Positions 44,242 through 53,047 of a DNA stretch of 54,776 nt are shown here, in pieces; the stretch's first letter is position 1; the number at the start of each line of letters is the position of its first letter. Below the pieces are notes generated by a model. That model searched no databases and was not told where the DNA came from. It worked only from the letters and a program-made list of their open reading frames with translations. The position numbers and the translations under genes were made by a program. This DNA is from Acidimicrobiia bacterium (lineage in GTDB: Bacteria > Actinomycetota > Acidimicrobiia > UBA2766): the NCBI GenBank assembly GCA_038904395.1, contig JBCKKC010000004.1, positions 1 through 54,776 of the forward strand, given 5' to 3'.

Positions 44242-45411
44242 TCAGACGCCAGCGTAGGAGTGGAGTCCGGAGATGACCAGGTTGACGAAAAACATGTTGA
44301 AGATGATCGCTCCGGAGCCGACGCTAGCCAGGATGGCCGCTTTGGTGCCCTTCCAGTCTTTAGTGGAACGGGCGTGTAGATAGGCGGCAAAGATTCCCCA
44401 CACAATGAAACTGGTTGTCTCTTTTGGATCCCAGCCCCAGTAGCGGCTCCAGGCTTGTTCACCCCAGATGGCTCCGGCAAAAATGGCCAGTGTCCAGATG
44501 GGGAAGGCGAACGTGATGATGCGGCGGGCGAGGTCGTCGAGCTTGTCGGTGGTTGGAAGCCGATGGGAGACGCGGCCCAACACGATGTCGGTCGCCGCCA
44601 CAACGGCGAGCAGCGGCAGAGTAACGATGAGATTTCCGGTCACGAGAGTCAGGCAGAGGGCGACCAGCCCCATCCCCACATAGAGCCAGCGATTGCGCTT
44701 GATAACCTCGGCCCAAGTGAAAGGTTCGGCCGTCGAGGTAACCCCCATGGATGCAAACGCCGAAGCGGCCTTTACGGTAGTTCGTTCGGCCACGATGGTT
44801 GTCCCTTGGGGGAGCGTGTGATCGACATGGTCGGTGATGCTTCGTGCTGGTCCGTCCTCGGTCCCCGTGGGGTTAGTCAGGTCGAGGGTTGGTTCAGTGT
44901 CGGTCCGGCGGGCTGAGTCCCACTGTTTCCTATGCAGGTAGAGGGCTGAGACAATCCCGCCTGTGAGCAGCAGGGTCGATCCCGTAATCGCTAGGAAGAC
45001 GTGGAACGTGAGCCAATTGGACTGCAATGCTGGCTGTAACTCGCTGGGGCGGGCATACATGATGAGCCCGACTCCCATGAGGGCAAAGGCGCTGCCGGCC
45101 AGGACACTGCCGATGCCAGCCAGATTGCGATTCGGCAAGACAAGAATGATCGTCACAATCATGAGAACCGCCGCCATCGACGAGATGAACTCATACAGTG
45201 ACCCCCACGGAGCCCGGCCCAACCCTGCCACGATGCAGCCCAATGCCACCAGGTGAGCGCTCAGGCCCACGATTGCCAGAACCAAGGCCCAGCGCTGCCA
45301 TCTATCCTTTCGGGTGCCAGCAAAGGTTGCCGCGCACACAGATGTTGCCACGTATGCAACCCACGCAATCAGGTAGGCAATGTTCGAGATGTTAATAGTC
45401 GCTGTCGACAT
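44242..45411 (-). CDS. resC: Cytochrome c biogenesis haem-handling protein (CcsA/ResC)
   Basis: Trp-rich WWD-type motif WGEQAWSRYWGWDPKETTSF and a polytopic membrane profile. Confidence 0.85.
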   Translation of the reverse strand: MSTATINISNIAYLIAWVAYVATSVCAATFAGTRKDRWQRWALVLAIVGLSAHLVALGCIVAGLGRAPWGSLYEFISSMAAVLMIVTIILVLPNRNLAGIGSVLAGSAFALMGVGLIMYARPSELQPALQSNWLTFHVFLAITGSTLLLTGGIVSALYLHRKQWDSARRTDTEPTLDLTNPTGTEDGPARSITDHVDHTLPQGTTIVAERTTVKAASAFASMGVTSTAEPFTWAEVIKRNRWLYVGMGLVALCLTLVTGNLIVTLPLLAVVAATDIVLGRVSHRLPTTDKLDDLARRIITFAFPIWTLAIFAGAIWGEQAWSRYWGWDPKETTSFIVWGIFAAYLHARSTKDWKGTKAAILASVGSGAIIFNMFFVNLVISGLHSYAGV

Positions 45412-45422
45412 TTTCTATTTCC

Positions 45423-47108
45423 TCACTTGTTGTGAAGTGTTACTTGTTCAGGGAGCGTTGGATGTTGTTCTGTGCCAGTGCCCAGTCGCCGGTTCATTTT
45501 TTTGGTGAGTGTGTTGAATTCTCGTTCGAAGGCATCTTTCTTTTGATAGGCCAGTCCGCCGAGAGTGACTGTGGAGCCGGAGCCGGATTCTGCTGGCCTT
45601 ACCCACACCCAAAGTCGACGTCGTGATACCCAAAGTGATGGGACGAGTCCTAGCATAATCAGGCTGGCCGCGATAAGCATGACGACCAGGCCTGGGTCGT
45701 GCTTGACCTGGAACACGCTGTAGTGGCGCAACTCGGGGAAGGTGACGCTGAGCCCGTCTGTGGTTTGGAAAGAACGTCCGGCCAAACCGGCCCCGCCGGC
45801 ATCAACGGGGTTGCCAAGCCTCGATTTGTCAAGCACGCTGACATTTTGAGCTACGCCATCGAGGCCGAGATCGCCCCGATACTCCTTGAAAACGATGGCA
45901 GGACTATTAGCGGTGGGGGGGCCAGGGCGCGCTTGCAATCGAACCCCCGGACCCAATTCATCGTTGTAGGCACGGGCTTCCTTATCAGAAATCAGTTCGG
46001 CTGTGGGTAGGAAGAAGACCTCGAGGGCGCCTTGGGGTCGCAGGCCTGGGACTTTGACCACGCCGGTCCAGCTGTTGCGTGGGCCCTTGGGTGCCAGGGT
46101 GATGAAGTCATCGAAGACAGTTTGTCCAGTGGGATCGGCGACCACTATCCGGGTGGCCCAGCCAAAACTGGTTTGATACATCTTGATGCCGCGATAGCTC
46201 AGGGGGTCATTCACCCGTATGTCCTTGGCGATTTCTTTTCCGTTGTCAATCACTCGCACGTGAGAGACAAAATCCATAGCGCCACCTTCGGGGCGAAACT
46301 TGGCCTCGAACTTGTCGAGCGCAATCTGAAAGCCCTGGTGGGTGTTGTCGCCATACCAACCCGGGTTGTATTCATCGATGCCAATTGGTGCTTCAACCCA
46401 GGTCTTGCCCTCAACAATGACCGCAAAGCCGGTGAAGCCAAATGCTCGAGTCACAAACAATCCGGCCATTAGTACGAAGAAGGACCAGTGAAAGATGAGG
46501 CTGCCGGCTTCTCGAGTCCAGCCCTTTTCGGCAATCCACTGTTGGTTTTCGTTAGAGCGGCCACACCGAAACCCCGCTCGACGCAGCCCCTTTCGAAGCT
46601 GCGGTTCCACGAGCTGCGGTTCCGTATCGGTTTGGAAAGAAGAGGTGTGAGACAGGGCGGGCAGGGGGCCCGGTTTGGGTCGGGCCACGGCTCTGCGCCA
46701 ATTGCGGACAAAGTTGGCGCTACGGGGGATGAGGCAACACAACAACACAAAGAGTAGCGACCCGTAGATGGCTACATACCAAGGGGAATTGAACACATCG
46801 AAGAGACGCAGGCGGTCGGCCACCTGATACCAGCCTGGGTGCGTCTGGGAAATTTCGGCAACCTTGGCGGCGTTGGTAATGCGCTGAGGGATAAGAGTCG
46901 GAATTGTGGTGGCAATGACCAGGGCAAGAAGGAGCCAGATGGCTGTCCGCATCGATCGGAGTATCCGCCATCCGCCCAAACGGGCCATGGCCTTCATCGG
47001 TGAGGGCGGTAACTTACCGAATTCTGACTCAGCCGTGGACGGCTCACGTGCATCGGCCGGGGAGGCCTTCGAATCGGATCGTTTGCGGGGCGGTGCGGTC
47101 GTGGTCAT
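45423..47108 (-). CDS. resB: Cytochrome c biogenesis protein ResB/Ccs1
   Basis: ResB-like topology (N-terminal TMs, large extracytoplasmic domain, C-terminal TM). Abuts resA and lies 11 nt upstream of resC. Confidence 0.8.
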   Translation of the reverse strand: MTTTAPPRKRSDSKASPADAREPSTAESEFGKLPPSPMKAMARLGGWRILRSMRTAIWLLLALVIATTIPTLIPQRITNAAKVAEISQTHPGWYQVADRLRLFDVFNSPWYVAIYGSLLFVLLCCLIPRSANFVRNWRRAVARPKPGPLPALSHTSSFQTDTEPQLVEPQLRKGLRRAGFRCGRSNENQQWIAEKGWTREAGSLIFHWSFFVLMAGLFVTRAFGFTGFAVIVEGKTWVEAPIGIDEYNPGWYGDNTHQGFQIALDKFEAKFRPEGGAMDFVSHVRVIDNGKEIAKDIRVNDPLSYRGIKMYQTSFGWATRIVVADPTGQTVFDDFITLAPKGPRNSWTGVVKVPGLRPQGALEVFFLPTAELISDKEARAYNDELGPGVRLQARPGPPTANSPAIVFKEYRGDLGLDGVAQNVSVLDKSRLGNPVDAGGAGLAGRSFQTTDGLSVTFPELRHYSVFQVKHDPGLVVMLIAASLIMLGLVPSLWVSRRRLWVWVRPAESGSGSTVTLGGLAYQKKDAFEREFNTLTKKMNRRLGTGTEQHPTLPEQVTLHNK

Positions 47109-47645
47109 CTAGTGCGGCTCTTCGACTTTCGTAACAACGCATGAGATTGTTTTGGCATCGGTTCCGCCCAGTATGCGAGCACGGATGCGGCCATCTTTGG
47201 CGACAAGAGTAGCTGGTGGTGAGGGAACCTTGAGGTCAGCTGCAAGCGAAGATGACTCATCGAAAATGCTTGAGAACGGCAGAGAAAACTCGCGTTCGAA
47301 GTTAGCTGCATTCACCCGTGAATCCCGCACGTCGATACCCATGAAAGCCACCGAACGGGTCGACAATGTCCGGAAGGCTTCAACCAGCTGTGGTGCCTCC
47401 TTTCGGCATGGTCCACACCACGAACCCCAAACACTGTAGACCACGACACCGTCCTTGAGCGTGTTGAGATCAACAGAGCTGCCATCGATGAGAGTGCCTT
47501 TGAAATCAGGCATAGGTTCGTTCAGCATCGCCACATTTGGAGCGCATACATTCTGAGTCGAGCTAGCTACTGAACTGGCGCACCCGGAAACGAGAAATGC
47601 GCCTAGGGCAAGAAGCGCTAAAAGGTGACGAAGTTTGGTTGACAT
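47109..47645 (-). CDS. resA: Thiol-disulfide oxidoreductase ResA/TlpA family lipoprotein
   Basis: Thioredoxin fold with WGSWCGPCRKE and lipobox LVSGCAS. Confidence 0.85.
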   Translation of the reverse strand: MSTKLRHLLALLALGAFLVSGCASSVASSTQNVCAPNVAMLNEPMPDFKGTLIDGSSVDLNTLKDGVVVYSVWGSWCGPCRKEAPQLVEAFRTLSTRSVAFMGIDVRDSRVNAANFEREFSLPFSSIFDESSSLAADLKVPSPPATLVAKDGRIRARILGGTDAKTISCVVTKVEEPH

Positions 47646-47794
47646 GAGGAATCGTGCACTGCTAGTGATCGAGGATGCTGACTGAGGAAATGATACTGGT
47701 TGTGCCGGGAATAATTGTGCTCAGGCAGGATTTTGTGGCATGCTAGGGGCTCAAATCGCGGGCCAGTATTTAGCCAGGAGACAGTCTCTTCACG

Positions 47795-48526
47795 ATGAAA
47801 TTCGATGTCAGGGTAAAGATGATCATGACGATGTTTGTCATCGGTGCGATGATCGGCGTTCTCAGCGTGGGCTTGATAGCGATTAGCTTGCACAATCGAG
47901 ATGTCACTGCAGTGAAGACAGCCAAGCAGTCAAATCAGCAAGCACAAACAGCCAATGCTGGCTTACAAAAAGATTTGGCCGCAGGCGCCATCACTCAAGC
48001 TCAATTCGATGAGCAAAAAACCGAGATTGAGCCGGTCACGTGGTTGACGAAGAACTCTTGGCTCGTGTCGAGTTCAATTGTTGGTGTGGTCAGCTTTGGC
48101 CTTCTCGTTCTTGCTACCCTGATTCTTCTCAAGCGCGACAAGTCGCTGCCAATTACTTGGGCCGAAGCTGTTGTCTACAGCGGAGTTTTGTTCTTTTTCC
48201 TCATCCTGGTCAACGGGGTGATCCCTCACTTCATGATTGATCTTTGGGACAATGTGATCAAGTTGAGGGGCGAGTTCACCGTCCCCTTGACTAAGTCCAT
48301 CGCGTCACTGTGGGAGTCAAAGGCACAAGGCATGGAGTGGGGTTGGTTTGTGATCAGAGATATGATCGTGGCCGGTTGGTACATTGTCACGCTCGTGCTC
48401 ATGATCGCCCTATGGTATTGGACGCAAGAGTTGCCCAAACGTTCCAAGAAGTCCGAGAAGCCGGGCGAAGCCAAAGTCTTGACATCTCCATATGGTCGGC
48501 CGATGCTCTCAGCGACGGGCAAATAA
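47795..48526 (+). CDS. Four-TM membrane protein of unknown function; first gene of the Rieske/cytochrome b cluster
   Basis: Hydrophobic segments. Lies 35 nt upstream of the ferredoxin gene on the same strand. The start could be 47819. Confidence 0.55.
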   Translation: MKFDVRVKMIMTMFVIGAMIGVLSVGLIAISLHNRDVTAVKTAKQSNQQAQTANAGLQKDLAAGAITQAQFDEQKTEIEPVTWLTKNSWLVSSSIVGVVSFGLLVLATLILLKRDKSLPITWAEAVVYSGVLFFFLILVNGVIPHFMIDLWDNVIKLRGEFTVPLTKSIASLWESKAQGMEWGWFVIRDMIVAGWYIVTLVLMIALWYWTQELPKRSKKSEKPGEAKVLTSPYGRPMLSATGK

Positions 48527-48560
48527 GTGGCTCACATTTGGAGTTCGGAGGTGAGGTGTT

Positions 48561-48974
48561 GTGGTTAAGCAGGACTACATAGCTGAGACGCCACCTTTTC
48601 GCAGCGACTATGAGCTCGTCCAAATGAATCCGAGCGACTTCCAAAAGTCGGTCAAGCCCAAACAATTCATTTCTCTTGATCAAGCTGAATGCATTTTGTG
48701 CGAAGGGTGCGTAGACATTTGCCCCTGGAAGTGCATTCACATGCTGGATACGGCTATAGTGACCGATGCCGATGGCATAGAAATGCCGGGCGACGATCCG
48801 CGTGACCACGTAGTGTTTGTCATCGACGAAGACGAGTGCACCCGTTGCGCACTCTGTGTCGATCGGTGCCCAACGGGTGTAATCATTCTGGGCAAACTAA
48901 GTGACGAAGTAACCGGGGTTGGCGAACAAGGACGCAACAACAGCCATGGCTATGCCTATGGACTCCGATTTTAG
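48561..48974 (+). CDS. 2x[4Fe-4S] ferredoxin-type protein
   Basis: CILCEGCVDICP and CTRCALCVDRCP motifs. GGAGGTGAGG RBS. Confidence 0.85.
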   Translation: MVKQDYIAETPPFRSDYELVQMNPSDFQKSVKPKQFISLDQAECILCEGCVDICPWKCIHMLDTAIVTDADGIEMPGDDPRDHVVFVIDEDECTRCALCVDRCPTGVIILGKLSDEVTGVGEQGRNNSHGYAYGLRF

Positions 48975-49063
48975 ATTTTGAGAATTGAACGTCGGGCTCG
49001 GCCCGGCGCCAAAGCGAAAAGTAAAGAGCACTAGAAAGATCAGCGACACTCGGGTGGCTCCGT

Positions 49064-49942
49064 GTGACGGGACTGTTTTTTTGGTTAAGACATCATGGAG
49101 GATTGGTGGCCGACGACAAGGCATTAGACAAGAGTGGCAAGGGGGGCCTGGGCCGCAAGTCTGGTGGAGCGAAAGCAAAGCACGACAAGTCAATAAGTAA
49201 ACGGGCTGGCGCAGTTACCGCAAAGCTGCAGGCCGGTCAGGTTTGGTCGTCGATTTTCCGGCCGGGCTCGGTGTTTCGCAAAGGGTATACAGATAGCCCT
49301 CGTAACCGTGCCTATGTAATTATGAACTCGGTGCTTTACCACTTGCACCCGGTGAAGGTGAAGCGACACGCGGTCAAGGTTTCTTACACACTGTGTCTCG
49401 GTGGACTGTCATTCTTCTTGTTCATCCTGTTGACCGTGACAGGTATTTTCCTGATGTTCGCATATCGACCCACGGCGGCGAACGCATATCAAGACATCCA
49501 AGCGCTTCAGACTCAGGTCGCGTTTGGTCTCTTAGTGAGGAACTTGCACCGTTGGGGAGCGCACCTCATGGTGTTCACCGTCTTCTTGCATATGGCAAGG
49601 GTGTTCTATCACGGCGCCTATAAACCGCCCCGGGAATTCAACTGGATCGTCGGCGTCATTCTGTTGGTGTTGACCTTGCTACTCGCATTTACTGGCTACT
49701 TGCTGCCTTGGGACCAGCTGGCTCTTTGGGCTGTAACGGTTGGTACGAACATGATGGGCTTTACGCCCGTATTTGGTGAACAGGTGCGCTTTATCTTGTT
49801 GGGCAGTAAAGAGATCGGGCCCAACACACTATTGCGCTGGTACACATTGCACGTATTGATGTTCCCGTTCGTGCTTGTTATCTTCCTGTCTGTCCACTTC
49901 TGGAGAGTGCGCAAAGACGGAGGTATCTCGGGACCGCTATGA
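49064..49942 (+). CDS. Cytochrome b, N-terminal half (b6-like, split type)
   Basis: [27 protein letters not shown] and [15 protein letters not shown] motifs. Only about 4 TM helices. The start is uncertain (49064, 49103 or 49106). Confidence 0.8.
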   Translation: MTGLFFWLRHHGGLVADDKALDKSGKGGLGRKSGGAKAKHDKSISKRAGAVTAKLQAGQVWSSIFRPGSVFRKGYTDSPRNRAYVIMNSVLYHLHPVKVKRHAVKVSYTLCLGGLSFFLFILLTVTGIFLMFAYRPTAANAYQDIQALQTQVAFGLLVRNLHRWGAHLMVFTVFLHMARVFYHGAYKPPREFNWIVGVILLVLTLLLAFTGYLLPWDQLALWAVTVGTNMMGFTPVFGEQVRFILLGSKEIGPNTLLRWYTLHVLMFPFVLVIFLSVHFWRVRKDGGISGPL

Positions 49943-49978
49943 GAACATGCGATAGATCACTAGACGAATCGAAACGTT

Positions 49979-50908
49979 ATGGCTGAAATCCCTGAGCACC
50001 TATTGAAGCGGTCTCAAGAAGCACGGCAACGCCTCACCGGCGATGCCGCCAAGCCTGCTGCTCCCGCTGAGGAAGCTTCCAGCGAGCCGGAAGCCCCGCC
50101 GGCCCCGCCGGCTGCCGAGACTGCCCAGCCGGCGGCTGCCGCGTCTGGTATCCCAGAGAGCCTCTTGGCCCGCTCGCAGGCGGCCCGGCAAAAGGCCGCC
50201 GGAGGCACCGACGCTGGCGGCTCAGCGGCCGCCGCACCGGCGCCCATTTCAACAGCAACGAAAGCGGCAGCGCCAGCAGCAGCGCCAGCAGCAGCAGCGC
50301 CAGCAGCGGCAGCGCCAGCAGCAGCGCCAGCAGCAGCGGCGCCGGCCTCGGCGCCGGCCTCGACGGCAACCGCGACAGCAGTTCGTCCTGCACCTGCGGC
50401 AGTCGCTGCACCTGCCCGAACCCAACGCCTTTTGGCTGTGGTCAAGGCTGGATCTATTCAGACAATCAAGAAAGATCCTGTTGACAAGGTCAACACGTGG
50501 CCGCACTTGCTGGTCACCGAGTTCGTGGCTCTCCTTTTGGTCACAGCGTTCTTGATCGTTTTTTCGGTTATGTTGAACGCTCCGTTGCAGGCACAAGCCA
50601 ATTCCAACTTGACCCCTAACCCTTCGAAAGCGCCTTGGTATTTCTTGGGCCTCCAAGAGCTTCTTACCCTGTTTCATCCCATGGTTGCTGGAGTGACCAT
50701 TCCCGGCATTGGTATTTTTGCTTTGATCGTGGCTCCGTTCATCGACCGCAATCCTGCCACGAAGCCGTCGGAACGTAAATTTGCAATTGCAATCTTCACT
50801 TTCTTCATGATGTACTGGGTGATCTTGGTTTTGTTGGGGTCATTCTTCAGGGGCCCTGGTTTCAACTTTGTGTGGCCATGGGCGGGAGGGATCTTCTTTG
50901 ATTTCTAG
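49979..50908 (+). CDS. Cytochrome b C-terminal half (subunit IV-like) with a ~150-aa Ala/Pro-rich N-terminal extension
   Basis: PNPSKAPWYFLGLQELL (PEWY-type motif) and 3 TM helices. N-terminus MAEIPEHLLKRSQEAR. Confidence 0.8.
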   Translation: MAEIPEHLLKRSQEARQRLTGDAAKPAAPAEEASSEPEAPPAPPAAETAQPAAAASGIPESLLARSQAARQKAAGGTDAGGSAAAAPAPISTATKAAAPAAAPAAAAPAAAAPAAAPAAAAPASAPASTATATAVRPAPAAVAAPARTQRLLAVVKAGSIQTIKKDPVDKVNTWPHLLVTEFVALLLVTAFLIVFSVMLNAPLQAQANSNLTPNPSKAPWYFLGLQELLTLFHPMVAGVTIPGIGIFALIVAPFIDRNPATKPSERKFAIAIFTFFMMYWVILVLLGSFFRGPGFNFVWPWAGGIFFDF

Positions 50909-50944
50909 CGGCAGTGTGCAGGAGTATGAAATAGTGGTGACGTC

Positions 50945-51829
50945 ATGTCGATGAGTGCAATAGCGGTCGTCGGAGTGCTCGTCGTGATTGTGTTGGGCAG
51001 CCTCTTTTTTGCGGTGGCCTATGCGCGGCGCCCGAAAGGATCAGGCAACGCTGGCGAAGTCGATCGTGGCGGTATCAAGCGTGATGCAGTGCGTCAACGA
51101 CTCGAGTCGACGAAGCAGTTGGCTCAAGGAGAAAGTGTGAGTGCCGGCGCCTCGCCGGCTGCGGCGGCAGCGCCTAGCAAGGCCACCCCGGCGGTGGTTG
51201 AGCAGCCAGTCAGCACTCCAGAGGTTTACGCCCCCGAACTCGACTCGCCTGCAGATCCAATTGAAGTGGGGATCACACGGCGGCAGGTCCTGAATCGTTC
51301 AGCCATCATCGGTTCCGCCGTTGGATTGGCCAGCTTTGGTGGCATGTCGATTGCATTCTTGATTCCAGCGCCGGTCAAGGGCTTCGGTAGCAAGGTTGCT
51401 GTCACGACCCCCCTCGACGAAATCAAAGCGGACATCAACAGCAAAAATACGCCCTTCTATGTGCCTGAGGCGCAAACGTATCTCTCCCTTTACACTCCCA
51501 AAGATGAAGCCTTAGCAAAAGAGACTTATCTGGATCTGTGGGATTCGATTCAAGCATCCGGCCTCATGCCTCTCTGGCAGAAGTGTCCGCATCTTGGTTG
51601 CAAAGTGCCTTACTGTGATTCCTCACAGTGGTTCGAATGTCCGTGCCATGGCTCGCAATATAATGCGGCCGGTGAAAAGAAGGGTGGGCCTGCGCCCCGG
51701 GGAATGGACCGGTTCGAATTCGAGGTCTCGGGCCAAAAGCTCACTATCAACACTGGCAAGAGAGTGATCGGCCCAACGATCGGCACCGACACCACAGCCC
51801 AAAGCGCTGAAGGTGCCCACTGTGTATGA
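50945..51829 (+). CDS. Rieske [2Fe-2S] protein
   Basis: CPHLGC ... CPCHGS boxes. An N-terminal TM is followed by an internal twin-arginine motif, GITRRQVLNRSAIIGSAVGLASFG. Confidence 0.88.
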   Translation: MSMSAIAVVGVLVVIVLGSLFFAVAYARRPKGSGNAGEVDRGGIKRDAVRQRLESTKQLAQGESVSAGASPAAAAAPSKATPAVVEQPVSTPEVYAPELDSPADPIEVGITRRQVLNRSAIIGSAVGLASFGGMSIAFLIPAPVKGFGSKVAVTTPLDEIKADINSKNTPFYVPEAQTYLSLYTPKDEALAKETYLDLWDSIQASGLMPLWQKCPHLGCKVPYCDSSQWFECPCHGSQYNAAGEKKGGPAPRGMDRFEFEVSGQKLTINTGKRVIGPTIGTDTTAQSAEGAHCV

Positions 51830-51886
51830 GCGGAAGAGCCCCGAAGTGTTAGCTCGATCTGGTGCAGGTGCACGACACTTGCCTGC

Positions 51887-52912
51887 ATGCCTATTTGTGG
51901 AGGTAGCGCAACTGTGATCGGCACATTATCCGGTGGCAGCGTTGCTGTCATTGTTCTAGTCCTTGCCATCTTGCTCATCTGGGGATTCGTATTTGCCGCG
52001 ATCATGCGCGATCGAGCTCCGGAGACACCCATCCCAGCCAACTTGAAGCCATACCACGACGACAATGTCCTCGAAACAACACGGCTCGAGAAGCTGTTGC
52101 AAACAGCGGTGATAGCGCTACTGTTTCTGGCCTTGGCTGCAGGGGCCTATTTTGTTTGGGAACCATCTCGACAGAAATCGGAATACCTCGCCTTGTCCGA
52201 AAAGGCGGTCAAGCGTGGTGAGATTATTTTTGGTCCCACTATCGGCAAGGATGGCCACCCTATTTTGGGGGCTGCCGACTGCCAGCGCTGCCACGGTCCC
52301 GATGCCAAGGGTGGATCCAACCAGTTCACGGTCACCAAAGCCGACGGCAAGCAAGAGAAGGTCACTTGGGCAGTGCCGGCCCTGAACGATGTCTTCTTGC
52401 GCTACACACCCGACGAAGTGCGGACAATTATCACCTACGGTCGCAAGGGCACCCCGATGCCAGGGTGGGGAAAATTGGGCGGCGGCGCTATGAGCGAACA
52501 ACAAATCGAAGATGCCATGGCCTGGCTGGAATCGATCCAAGAGAAGCCAGCCCAAGCACAGGCTCAAAATGCCGACGTCGGCAAGACACCGACAGGCTAT
52601 GACGGCAAGACCTTGTTCAACCAATTCTGTGCCCGTTGCCACACCATCGGCTCTAGCTACGGCGAGCCTCAAGCCCCCGGTAGCGGCGGCTTCGGACCTC
52701 CATTGGCCGGAGGATCCCTGGCTGCACAGTTCCCTGACCCGGCAGCGCAAGTCAAATTTGTTACTGAGGGAAGTGAGTGGCAGAAAGAGTATGGCGCTCG
52801 AGGACTGGGCCAAGGCCGTATGCCCGCTTTCGGCGAGATTCTTTTGCCCGAACAAATCCAAGCCATCGTCAACTATGAACGATCGTTAATACCGGAGGCG
52901 CCGGCGAAGTAG
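51887..52912 (+). CDS. Membrane-anchored dihaem cytochrome c
   Basis: Two CxxCH motifs (CQRCHG, CARCHT) and an N-terminal TM anchor. Confidence 0.85.
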   Translation: MPICGGSATVIGTLSGGSVAVIVLVLAILLIWGFVFAAIMRDRAPETPIPANLKPYHDDNVLETTRLEKLLQTAVIALLFLALAAGAYFVWEPSRQKSEYLALSEKAVKRGEIIFGPTIGKDGHPILGAADCQRCHGPDAKGGSNQFTVTKADGKQEKVTWAVPALNDVFLRYTPDEVRTIITYGRKGTPMPGWGKLGGGAMSEQQIEDAMAWLESIQEKPAQAQAQNADVGKTPTGYDGKTLFNQFCARCHTIGSSYGEPQAPGSGGFGPPLAGGSLAAQFPDPAAQVKFVTEGSEWQKEYGARGLGQGRMPAFGEILLPEQIQAIVNYERSLIPEAPAK

Positions 52913-52914
52913 AA

Positions 52915-53005
52915 GCCCCCGGTCCTTCAGGGCCGGGGCGATAGTTTGGGAGGGGTCCGCCCCTCCCAACCGACAATTTAGATACCCCTCCCTTCAGGGA
53001 GGGGT
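52915..53005 (+). terminator. Three consecutive GC-rich hairpins after the cytochrome c gene
   Basis: Hairpin 1: 52915-52939, imperfect. Hairpin 2: 52946-52969, TTGGGAGGGG/CCCCTCCCAA. Hairpin 3: 52984-53005, ACCCCTCCC/GGGAGGGGT. Confidence 0.55.
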
Positions 53006-53047
53006 CGAACAAGATGCCTTCGCTTAAGACTAGAAAGGGGATCATGA

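Noticed and set aside
43989-44603. Full 204-aa track ORF overlapping resC
   Set aside because: The upstream two-thirds runs out of frame across the 3' end of resC. Only the non-overlapping tail, with its own RBS-like sequence and a TM helix, was kept as a low-confidence small ORF.
50014-50677. Several 125-170-aa ORFs in both directions across the subunit IV gene (Ala-, Arg- and Gln-rich)
   Set aside because: All arise from the GCAGCGCCAGCA tandem repeat read in other frames. The sense frame continues into a clear PWYF-motif cytochrome b C-terminal domain.
52118-52861. 247-aa minus-strand ORF inside the dihaem cytochrome c gene. The same applies to similar antisense ORFs at 5536-6120, 11903-12511, 21126-21686, 25167-25808 and 32016-32648.
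   Set aside because: Each lies opposite a confidently identified gene and has no motifs or RBS. I treat them as antisense shadow ORFs.
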